64,000 bases of DNA. It comes from Camelus ferus. Lineage: Eukaryota. Shown here piece by piece: positions 12,912-24,263 of this stretch (position 1 is the first letter of the stretch; the number at the start of each line of letters is the position of its first letter). The DNA is taken from NCBI RefSeq assembly GCF_009834535.1, contig NC_045707.1, positions 48,238,001-48,302,000 on the forward strand, written 5' to 3'. Both the position numbers and the translations under genes were made by a program. The notes beneath the pieces are model-generated. The model ran no database searches, had not been told where the DNA came from, and saw only the letters and a list, made by a program, of their open reading frames with translations.

Positions 12912-13135
12912 GGAACAGCGTGGGATCGTGAAAAGATCATTGGTTTTCATGTCAGGAGGGCTTAAACCCTAGATACAACACTTATGAGGTGGCAACATGA
13001 CTTTGTTTCTCTGTGCTTTAGTTTCTTCATTATTTAATGTTATTAAAGTGGGGCTAATAGCATGACCTATCTCATGGGGTTTAGTGAGAAATAAACGAAA
13101 TCCCATGAAAGAGCCCCTGGTCGTGTAATAACCTG
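12912..13135 (+). mobile_element. MIR SINE
   Basis: acagcgtgggatcgtgaaaaga head; ctctgtgctttagtttcttcat core; cctatctcatggggtttagtgagaaataaa. Confidence 0.7.
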
Positions 13136-16100
13136 TACGTACACTTTCCTCCCCAGGCTTTCAAAAAGAACTAAAGTGTAATTTATATATTAGGGAATAA
13201 CTTGGCTGCAGCCACACCAAAGTGACTCCTGCCTCATGAAGGAAAAAAAAAACAGTATTAGTTTTTGCTTTTTTTTTTTTTTTCCTGACAGGAGTCGTTG
13301 AAGGGGAATAAATCTATTTCAAATAATGGTGAATGGAACCTCTGGGACTACTATAACATCCTGTTGTAAAGTGTGCATTCATAGAAATGAAAATAGAGTT
13401 TGCCATTGCTGTAACGTAAATGAGACATAAAGGAAGTGCATACTCACCTAGGAATGGGAGGCCAGGGGTAGGGTGTTAAATCCAAAATGGTAGTCCCCTT
13501 GGGCTCATATATTGTGAGTTCTATGTAACGTATAGATGGAGTGGGATTTTTCTGTATTTCTTAGAGGGCCATAACATGGAATAGTTAACTGGTTTTATTT
13601 TGTTTTACCTTGAGTGTACAAAAGCCGTAATATGTATAATAAACATTGTTTTTGTTGTACCAGTATTGTTGTATCAACATTCGTTCTCTGACACCTGCTG
13701 TTGGCCTGCCTCGGAGGCGGGCATCCAGCCCTCCTTTGGAACAGGAGAAGGATGAGCTTTCTCAACAGAGCTAAGAGGATTTGCCTTGTGCATCTGCTCT
13801 GATTGGTCTTCTTACCATGACATCACTCTGCTTGAAGAATTGCTTGCTTACTGTGCCTCTAGAACAATGGGATTTTCAAGATGGGGAGTGGCAGGATGGG
13901 ACATGAAGGCTGACATCAGTTCCCTCAGGCCTTTGTAGCCACTAATTCTAAAAAGTCACGATGACAGCCACTGTGGACAAACATCAGTGGCAGATTTCAT
14001 CAGGGGAGCTTTTGTTCCAAAGGCACATTCCTGCCACTAGCTGGTCATGCCTTCCTATTCAAGGACATAGGATTCATATATGATATAGGATTCATGAGTT
14101 AATGCCAGTTAATTAATGCCTATTTTTGTCATTGTGTTTGGCTGTGTTTGCTTGTTTCTTAAATACTTTCATGGAGTTTTAAGATGCAAGAAAAGCATAT
14201 ACACATTCTTGCTTCTGGAGTCTATGATGTGGAAACAAGAAATGTCAGCTTGAATCCACTCAGGGCAGTTTTCCCGTATCTCCTGAGTCATTTCTTTCAG
14301 TGAAGCAAAAATCATATTGTAAACCGTTCTGTCCAGAATCCTAGAGGTGTGTTTCAGTGAGAAACTGATTAGGTTTGAGCCTAAGTGACCAAAAGCAGGT
14401 AGTTCCTAAGAGGATGAATTTTCACCATGACGGAATCCTGAGCTCAAGACAGCAGCTCTGAGTAATTCCATTGGTTACTTGAAATGGGTGTCTAAATAAA
14501 CTACAGTCAGGTAACTTATACCCATGTGAGAACTTGCATTTAAAAATTTCCTTCTGTGATGTTATTAGAGTAGGGAATACACAGCCATGGAGCCAATGGG
14601 AGGCTGGGTCTGGGCCAGCACCCCAACCTCCCCAAGAAATCAGCTTCCTATCAAGGGTAACCATAGAGGGCAGTGGCAGCAGTTTCTCCTTGGGTCAGTG
14701 AACTGGTGGAGTAACCCATTCCAGCCCTCAGATTCATGCAGAGAGCAGTTAGATGGGCCCCCAAACCAAAGGAGATTCAAGAACATAACAGGAATAGGAA
14801 AAAACCCCACCTGCAGCCAGAGCCTATCTGCCATTCCTATCCTCACTCGAGGAATCATGAGATTTCCTGTTTTCTACTGCTCAGCTTTTCCCTCCTTTGT
14901 GGCTAAGATCAGCCACGTGTGACATGATTCTAATTCTACCTAAGAGCAGGGGGAGAGAATTCCCTATGGCTTCTCTCAAGTAGCTGTTCTGTATAAGGGA
15001 GGTTGGGCACAGCCAAGTCAGTATGTCATATAAGCAGTATGTGTAGTGTTAAGATCCTGGGAAAAATGAGTTCAAATCCAGGCTTTCTTGCTTTCTTGCT
15101 ATGGGATCTTGGGCAAGTTTTTTCAGCTCTCAGAACCCATAACATCCTATACTTCCTCCACCGGAGCACTTAGCACCCTGCATTCTAACTCTATGGATTC
15201 TTCATCTGGTTTCTCTGTTGGGCTAAACACATCTTGAGAGAAGATGCCGTGTCTGTAGCAGTGGCACAGTCCCAGGACACGACAGGCATGTGAGAAATAA
15301 TTCCATGGAGAAATAATTCCAAGGAGAAATTAGATGAGATCAAATTCCTATGACTTTTATGTAAGTTTTACCTCTGATAAAGTGACAATTATGGTGTGGT
15401 AGCAAATGACGATGTGGACTGCTCTTCATTAGGAAGGATGTATAAAGGTGATGCAGAGGAATCTGACACATACACTGAGTACTTCGTGGAGACAGGGGAA
15501 GAAGATGAGAGCGACGTGCCCCAAATTGTATCATTAGAAATGGGAGGGATCTAGGGAATTAATTGGAGGTCTTCAGGGATTCATCATACTTTAGAGAGTC
15601 TCTTCTACTTAATTATGGACATTTTGGGAACATTCCTTATGGAAGGTTTAATTTTCATAATGCAATCCAAGGCAGAATTAACTTTGTTTTAATATCGAAA
15701 CTGTATTTTAAATATTGGAACCATATCATTTATAGAGCAGTATGATGTCATCCTAGCCAAGTACAGCTACTATTCATGATATTTCCAGAACTTTGGCTTA
15801 TCCAGTAAGGTGCTTCCTTCTCACTGGTTATTATTTGCAATCTCAGACTCACAACACAAAGAGCTAAAATCTTTCCGTATTTCCTAGTATGTTACAACTT
15901 GGATCCTGATGCAATATATTGTGTAAACTACTGAGAGGGAATTGGGAATAATTTAACTGCAAATGAAAATTCAGATACAACCAGGTACCTTATAAAAATG
16001 TGTAGGAGGGAATGGTATAAAATCATATTTTCAGTTAATCGTAATGGTCTTAAAAGGTCATCTCTTAGAGTGGATCAACAGCAAGTGCCAAGACAGAGAA

Positions 16101-17504
16101 AGGGGAAACTTGGCGTTTCTGACAGGGTCAGAATTATTTTCTTGTGACCCTATAAAGGAGGGCTGAGAGCTGACCACAAAGAACTGAGAGAGGGAGCTAG
16201 GAGACGCTGTCTGCGAAGGTGACAAGCTCCTTTGCCTGCAAGATACAATTTAAATAATTTCATTTTATTATTATGATTATGACTTTTTTTTTAGCAGGCT
16301 TTGTTCAGTGCCCTAAAACCTTATAATGACTCCATATTCTTGTTCAACAAAAGGCACATTTCCTCACTTGATTCTATTCTTGCCTCCCTCTTGGAGAAAT
16401 TAATGGAGCAAACAACACTTTTTTTAATGAAACAATATGACAGTCTTCAAAAGCTCCTGCCATCCACTAAACCTTGCTGAATAACAAAAGACTTTTGTTG
16501 AATAGTTTGCACTGTCCTTCTTTTGCTTCCATGCTGCACGGAATGCTCTGACTGAGGGCTCGGTAACTGGACGTGATGATCACCTGAGAATGCTATTCAG
16601 TGTATGCAAATTCCCCTTCCAGTGTTCTCAGGAAAGCCCATCGGGGGGACAGTACTGTGACAAAGCATATTTGAAAGATGGTCAACCATGGATATTGCCG
16701 TGCACGTATGGCCACACACAGCTTGACTATAAAATGATTTTTTCTGAAAAACAAGTTGGCAGCCATATAGAACTTGCCGTTAATATCTGATGCAGGGAGG
16801 GGCTGCTATCCAATCTGGAATGAGTGCGGAGAGATTCTGGGCACATTTTTGTGTTTTTTTCCACGGCTCTCGTCCTGTCTGCAACCACTGCAGAACTGAC
16901 ACTGGGGAGCTGTACTGGTACAGACCCCGCAACAGCAGGCAGGGGAAGCTCGGTCCATTCTTCATGGACTGCACGGCGAGCACTATTAAAGGCAGGGAAG
17001 CCATTTGTTCATGAATATACATTTGGTACATATAAATGCTCTGTGCCATGAATATTTATCTCTTTCATGGATTGCAGCTGTTGTGTATTGAAAACTATTA
17101 ACAGGTTGGAAACCGTCCTTTCGAAACCTATGTCTGCCATTTGGGTGCAACAACATGAGTGGAAATTTATCTTTTCCCTTTTGTGGGAAAGATAGAATAC
17201 TACTGGGCTTATAATGAGGTTGGTGCCTTAGGAGATAGAGAATTTGGTAAAAATGGAGGGTAGCTTTTTTGCTTTCTAACTTAAATTGTTTATGTAATAT
17301 TACAACCAAGGCAGTGTTTTGTTTACCAAGTGGTATTCAGGTTTTGATGAATGTTCCATTGTTAACAGAGGTGAAAATATCTGATACTAAGTACTGGACT
17401 GTTGTGGGGGTGAGGAGTGACACGTGATTTCTATCACCAAAGATGGGATTTTAGGATTCTTAGGCCTGTGGATACTCAGGGTCTTTGGGGTGGAATGTAT
17501 AGTT

Positions 17505-17730
17505 TTTCAGCCTCTGATCTTACATTCCCTCATGCTCTGTAATCTAGCCACCCTTAAATCGTCTGTGTTCCTCCAACAAACCAAGCTCCCTCATGCCTCG
17601 GGGCATTTGTTAATTCCATTCCCATTGTCTGAAATAGTTTTCTTTCCAACAGTTCTGGGCACCCCTCCAGGTTCTCCTCTTAGCTCCTTTCTCTTCAGGA
17701 ATCAGCTCAAAGATCTGTATCTTGTGATCT
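17505..17730 (+). mobile_element. L2 LINE fragment
   Basis: ctgtgttcctccaacaaaccaagctccctcatgcctcggggcatttg...ttcaggaatcagctcaaa. Confidence 0.6.
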
Positions 17731-18549
17731 CTTCTATGACCTACAATCATCCTTACCAGTCACTCCTGTCCTCTGAACAATCCTTAAATAGACCCTGCCT
17801 TAAACAAAACAGCACCTTACTTAAATGAACAGACAAATGTATCACACATTAGGCATGGAGCTTTTTTAGTTATCTGGTATACTACTCAGGTATCACTAGG
17901 TTGTATCTCAGGAATGTGATCTGTTTCAATGTTTAGTTTTGCTTAAAATGTTTTCAGTGTTATCATACTGCTTGGGAAAGCTCTTATTAACCAGTGGCTC
18001 AGATCTCTCCATGTTCTGGGCTTACTAACACTTCCCATTATTGAGGCTACAAATAAATCCCTCTTGAAGAATTCTTTTGTAGTAGGTTAACTAATTCCAT
18101 ACTACTTTGGGGCTTACAAATTAAACTAGATCTAGCCTTACATCTTTCCTTAGCTATTTGTATTCAGCCTTGAAATTTCTTCACCTAGTTTCTCAGTCAA
18201 GGTTACTGCTCTTGTCTGGATTTTGTCCAAGATTGTTGACCTCTTTCAAACCATGCAGCTCACATTTGATTTAGGAATTTCAAGTGAAGTTTGAAGAAAA
18301 TCCTTAATTGCCAGTCAATCAGATTTAATCAGGAAAATCCAAAGTATTATCTACTTCTAATATTAAATATATAAAGAGCTTTTAATAAAATTGTTTAGAC
18401 ACTTCTATCTATCTATATCGGTCTGGATACAGACCCATGAGCATAGATGTGTCATGAATATATCTCTGTCTAGACTGTAGATCTTTTTGTACATTTGCCT
18501 GTTGTTTACATCTATCTCTATCATCAGCATCATCACCATCAACATAATC

Positions 18550-18901
18550 TGTCTTAGTCCTTTCAGGCTGCTACAACTAAAGTGCCACAAACTGGGTGGC
18601 TTATAAGCAGCATTTATATCTCACAATTCTAGAAGCTGGGAAGTCCAGGACCATGGTGCCAGCAGATTTGACGTCTGTTGAGGATCCAATTTTTGATGTA
18701 TAGACAGTGCTTTCTTGCTCTGTTCTTACAAGGGATCTCTCTGGGGCCTCTTTTACAAGGGCACTAGTCCCATTCATAAAGGCAGATCTCTCATGCCTTA
18801 ATTATTTCCCCAAGGTCCCATTTCCTAATATTGTCACCTTGGGCATTAAGGTTTTAACATATGAATTTGGGGCAGGGGGCACAAACATTCAGATTATAGC
18901 A
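18550..18901 (-). mobile_element. MaLR solo LTR, MLT1A-like
   Basis: tgtcttagtcctttcaggctgctacaac...ctgggtggcttataa...cacaaacattcagattatagca; 5-bp TSD taatc (18545-18549) / tcatc (18902-18906). Confidence 0.9.
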
Positions 18902-18990
18902 TCATCTCTTTCTATATTCAATATGTGTGTATAAATAGATCTCTTTATATATTTGAATAACTTATGACTACTGACATTAAGAAGGAATGA

Positions 18991-19052
18991 AGAAGAGGGT
19001 GGGGATAGCTCAGTGATCCAATCTCCAGTATCTCCATTAAAAAAAAAAAAAA
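18991..19052 (+). mobile_element. Internally deleted camelid vic-1-type tRNA-derived SINE
   Basis: gggtggggatagctcagtg joined directly to atccaatctccagtatctccatt plus poly(A); direct repeat aaggaatga at 18982-18990 and 19053-19061. Confidence 0.8.
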
Positions 19053-20205
19053 AAGGAATGAGTCCAGACAGCTCTTTACTTAGGGACCAATTATTAATTC
19101 CTTTTATTTCTCTAGCCTTTCCTCTTTCATATCTAGTTTTTAGCTATTTCATTGTTCATTAAAATGTTCTCCCGGGGAAAGGAGATGAGCTCTTAGCACA
19201 AGTGCCGCGTGCAGTGCTCTAGGGATACTCATTAAGTGTCTGTTGACAATGCTGATGACGATGATAAACTTCCAATCAGTTAATTGGTTCTGCACCTGTT
19301 AGCAATCTTAGTGAAACTTTGCATTAGACATAGGTTAAAATAACTGGAGGATTTTCTGTGCATAGGGACGCTCTTCTTTTGGACAGGAATACCCATGTAG
19401 AGGGATTTTTGTCTCAGTTTCTCTTAGTTCGGAGTGGGATAACGGAGCAAGGCTAGCCCTGGTGGAGGCAGAGCAGACAAGCGCGTCTGCGGTGAGTGTG
19501 GGGCTGCGAAAGGCACTATGTGTTCACACTCTTCCTCTGCAAAGGTTAAGCCCATAGTTTATCCTTTGGGCTAAGACATACCTTCTATTCTTCCACGTTT
19601 GGGTCTGCATAGGATGTTGCTGGAACAGAGAGCAGGTTCTCTGCCTCAAAGAGGGCAATCTTTCATCTAATTCTTGAAGGACATGTAGAAGGAAGCAACA
19701 TGCACTGAAGTGTTTGGGGAAGAGCTTTCTTCCTCTTGTCTCAGCCAAGATGGGCCAAGTTCAAAGTCCTAAAAGGGTGGCATGATTATAAAACACTTAA
19801 GGAGTGGGACCCAAAGGAAGAGAAAGCTGAGAGACAAACTTCACCCACTTTACAATTTCCTCTGGGGTCACTGGGTGTAGCCAGAACAGCTCTCCTCGTT
19901 TTTATATTTCAGAGCTTCTCCCTTTGTTTCTCAAAGATCTTATATTGTTTTCTGTATTTAACTGCACTAACAACTTTAGATGTTTGTCAATGCTAATAGA
20001 AAATACAAGTATAAGTAGAAATTTCGTCCCTGGGGTACACACACTTCTCTTGTAGAGTATTTTCCATTACATTATTGAACAATTCCAATGTAGTCTGGGG
20101 ATACAGGAAAACCTACCAAATTGTTTGCCAAGTAATAATACTATAAATAATGCCCATTTTATTTAAAAGTTAAGTTTCAAAACAATTTTCCAGATCTGAG
20201 ATCAA

Positions 20206-20208
<3 letters not shown>

Positions 20209-20246
<38 letters not shown>
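20209..20246. repeat. Perfect (CA)19 microsatellite
   Basis: Uninterrupted CA run. Confidence 0.97.
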
Positions 20247-20248
<2 letters not shown>

Positions 20249-21950
20249 TACATGGGTGTACTATGAAATTTTAAGAGGAAATTTATTCAAGAGAGTGTTG
20301 TTTATTTTACATCACCCACAGATTACATGTTAAAATATGTCTTATTTATTTCAAATGTCTTTCCTACATGAAAGAAGCCTGTTCCTGGTAAACACATGTC
20401 TCCTGCCCCACCTACTTCAGCTTCTTGTCATTTTCCGTGTCCCTCTTTTTCTCCTTAGAATTTAGTATCCTCAAAATTTAAAGAAGCCTGTGGCTTTTCA
20501 TTTTTGAAAGACCTCCAAAATGCTAACAGCATCCCCAATTCCTACTTTTAGTTCCTTTGCCTAAAAATAAAGAGAAAAACAAACAAAACACACACACGCC
20601 ATAAACAAATTCACAGGTGTCCACAGAAGGAGATAGCTAAAGAGGGAAAAGTAGGGTGTATTTTGGAACTTAAGCAGTCAATAAATAACATTCCATTCCT
20701 CTCTTCCCTGCCCGAGTTTGAAGCCATCTAACAAAACAGAGTCAGGATGATCATCAGAACATTAGCTTTATTTCAGATAAAGATCTGGCTTGGCGAATAA
20801 TTTACATATGTGGCAAATAGACTTACTAATTCTGTACACCAAAATGGGACAGATTTATCAATCTGTTCACCAGGCAGAGGCAGAAAAATCACAGTGTTCC
20901 TGACATGGAAATACAGGAGGGGTGTGTGCCCCTGGGAACTTTATAGTAACAAGAAGCACCACGAGCATCTTCCTTTAGGGAAAACTGGCTTCCAAAGAGA
21001 CTTAGAGTGGGGAGCTAAGAAGGCTACTTCCTGTCCCTTCTTTCAATTTATCCATCACATAAAGGAGAGTAAGAAAGGGCACTGGCAGGAGATGGGACTA
21101 CTCCTCCAGCGGTGGTCTCACCACAGCGAAACCTAAGACAAGGAAAAGGAAGAGTCCCTCATCTTAACATCCACGGGCTTCTGTTCGCCCCACTGTCTGA
21201 ATTTAATTAGGCTACTTCGATTTTCTTTATGCCTTTGGCAAGCTTCATGGCCACTCTGAACTATTCTTGGTTTGCTTATGCATTTCAAAACTATCCTTAG
21301 GATAGTTCTGAGGGCCTGGCTCTTGGGAAAGAGTACATTTTGTTCCAAATCTGTTCTTAGCTAAACCAGAATGGAGCCAGATCTGGGTGCTTTCAAAACA
21401 GAACCTCTATATTAGTCACAAAAATTAGAGGCAATAAAGCCTATCAGATCATCTGCTCCCTTCTCATGCCAAGCCCAGGGAATATGGGCTGCTTTTTCTC
21501 TTAAATTACACTTATTCAAGAGAATAAGCTCCCTCAGAAATAGATACTAAGGGGCTCATTTGGTGTCAGCATCCACACACACAGAAATGTACCCAGAGCA
21601 CATGGAGAAGAATGTACTTGGACAAAAGAAATCTGTACTGAGAATACACTTTTTTTTTTTTCCCATTAAGCCATTTTAATTCTTTAATCAACTTCCTACC
21701 TAGCACTCAAATCATACCTAATTTTTTAATGTGCACTTTTATTTTGCTGAAATTATTCTCGTCAGAATCATTATTTTCCATGTAAGATTTTCATTGAAAT
21801 GAGTCCTTGCTGATCAAGTTTTAATTCATATCAACAATTATATCACCTACAGTTTGGAATTTTGTTTTATAGATACTATATCTACCACGTCTATTTATTC
21901 TAAATAAAATTCTGCAGATAGAAATTTTATCAAAGAGTTTGCTTTTGTCA

Positions 21951-23330
21951 GTATATACAATGGAGAAGAAACAATCTCTTCAATAAGTGGTGCTGGGAAA
22001 ACTGGACAGCTACCTGTAAAAGAATGAAATTAGAATATTCTCTAACACCATATGCAAAAATAAACTCAAAATGGATTAAAGAGCTAAATATAAGATTGGA
22101 TACCGTTACACTCCTAGATGAAAAAATAGGCAGAACACTCTGACATAAATCATAGCAATATTTTTTTTTTTGGATCCGTCTCCTAAAGCAAAGGCAATAA
22201 AAACAAAAATAAATAAATGGGACCTAATTAAACTTAAAAGTTTTTGCACAGAAAAGGAAACAATAGACAAAAACAAAAAGACAACCTACTGAATGGGAGA
22301 AAATATTTGTCAATGATATGATTGATGAGTTAATATCCAAAATATATGAACAACTCATACAACTCAACATCATGAAAACAAACAACCCGATTAAAAATGG
22401 GCAGAAAATCTGAGTAGACATGCTTCCAAAGAGGACATCCAGATGGCCAATAGGCACATGAAAAGATGCTCAACATCAATCATCAGATAAATGCAAATTA
22501 AAACCACAAGATATCACCTCACACCTGTCAGAATGGCTATCACCAAAAAGAACACAAATAATCATTGTTAGTGAGGATGTGGAGAAAAGGGAACCCTCAT
22601 ATACTGTTGGTGGGAATGTAAATTGATACAGCCAGTGTGGGAAATAGTACGGAGGTTCCTCAAAAAACAAAAAATAGAACTACCGTATGACTCAGTAATC
22701 CCACTCCTAGGTATATATCCCCTCCCACCTCAAAAATGAAAACACTACTTCAAAATATACTTGCACCATAATGTTCATAACAGCATTATTTACAATTGCT
22801 AATATATGGAAGCAACCTAAGTATCCATTAACAGATGAACAGATAAAGAAGATGTGGTATCAGTATATACAATGAAGTACTACTCAGACACAAAACAGAA
22901 TGAAATTTTGCCACCTGCAACAATGTTGGATGGACTTGAATGATATGCTAAGTGAAATAAGGCAGACAGAGAAAGACAAATACTGTATGATTATCACTTA
23001 TATGCAGAATCTAAAAAATAAAACAAACTAGTGAATATAACAAAAAAGAAACAGACTTACAGATATAGAGAAAAAATTATTGGTTACTAGTCGGGAGAAG
23101 GAAGAGGGGAGGGGCAAGACAGGGGTAGGGGATTAAGAGGTACGAGCTATTATGTGTAAAAAAGCTACAAGGATATATTGTACAACATGGGGAATGTAGC
23201 CAATATTCTGTAATAACTATAAATGGAGTATAACCTTTAAAAATTGTGTATCACTATATTATACACTGTAAATTATATAATACTGTACATCAACCATACT
23301 TCAATAAAAAAATAAAGTAAATAAAAGCAA
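21951..23330 (+). mobile_element. 5'-truncated L1 (ORF2 C-terminal part, 3' UTR and A-rich tail)
   Basis: ctcttcaataagtggtgctgggaaaactggacagc (ORF2 [10 protein letters not shown]), aaactcaaaatggattaaaga, 3' UTR ending tacttcaataaaaaaataaa; degenerate TSD aaagagtttgcttttgtca (21932-21950) vs aaaagttttgctttttatca (23331-23350); frameshifts and stops present. Confidence 0.95.
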
Positions 23331-24263
23331 AAAAGTTTTGCTTTTTATCAATTTTTAGTCAATAACAAATGTTACCATGTGCAATTTTTGTTTTATTTTG
23401 TATAATTATTTTTACCATTAATATTCATTATAAATTGGATAGAATAAAATAGTTTGTATTTATTTCTTAGCCAGCTTGTGAGAAAATAGTAAGCAATTCA
23501 CCTGTTATTCCAGGGTTGCTGTGTGATAAGAGGATTGGACTACTCTATTGCTAATCCAACTCTTCTGTGCATTTTCCCATCCCTTTGACTACTGCATTTT
23601 AATGTGCCCCTTCTCCTGGTGGAGCAAAGAGCATGTGGCAGTGTCAAACGTCTTGTTTTGCTCCATATTTATCAACATTTGGGAGAAAAGTAGGAGTCTT
23701 AAGTTTTTAAGTTTTTCCTATTTTTCCTCTCTCTTTTCCATCTTATCAAAGTTTCTGATTCATCTTTTTGTTCCTCTGTCACTATTCTGTCAACATTGTC
23801 TCTTGTCAGTACTCTGTCTGCCTGCTATTGGCTTTATTCTCTTTCTCACCCTTTCTAAGTCTCATTCACTGTCTTGGACACACTCCTCTGAAGCATTTAG
23901 CTGCATCTCTACCGTCTTACCACCATCTCTTTCCAAGAGCTGCTTATCACAGTGCTCAGTGTCACGACTATAAAGGCTCAGAGATGACTCTCATTCCCTT
24001 GCCACTTAGCATCCTACTTAGATCCAGTAACCATACGGAAAGAGGTTGTGAAACTGTTTTTTCATACGGCTTTAAAAGCAGTGCTGAAAATGACCCACTT
24101 ATCTGGGCTTGATTTTATGGGGCAGAGGGATGAATGCTACGATCTCAGGGGGACCTTGCCAGATCAAGGAACTTGGAATCATCAATTTAGATTTATTGGA
24201 CACCTCGTGGGTGCTTAGACCTGTATTACATGATTTCACCCTTCATGCCCTGAAATACAGTTT

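Noticed and set aside
15292..15330. 16-bp direct repeat, about 2.5 copies (similar small duplications at ~14067, 39389-39438 and ~53441)
   Set aside because: These are simple slippage duplications without unique spacers, not a CRISPR-like array or mobile element.
16572..16660. Possible C/D box snoRNA (GTGATGA then CTGA)
   Set aside because: CTGA lies only about 5 nt after the C box, and there is no terminal D box with a closing stem at the expected distance.
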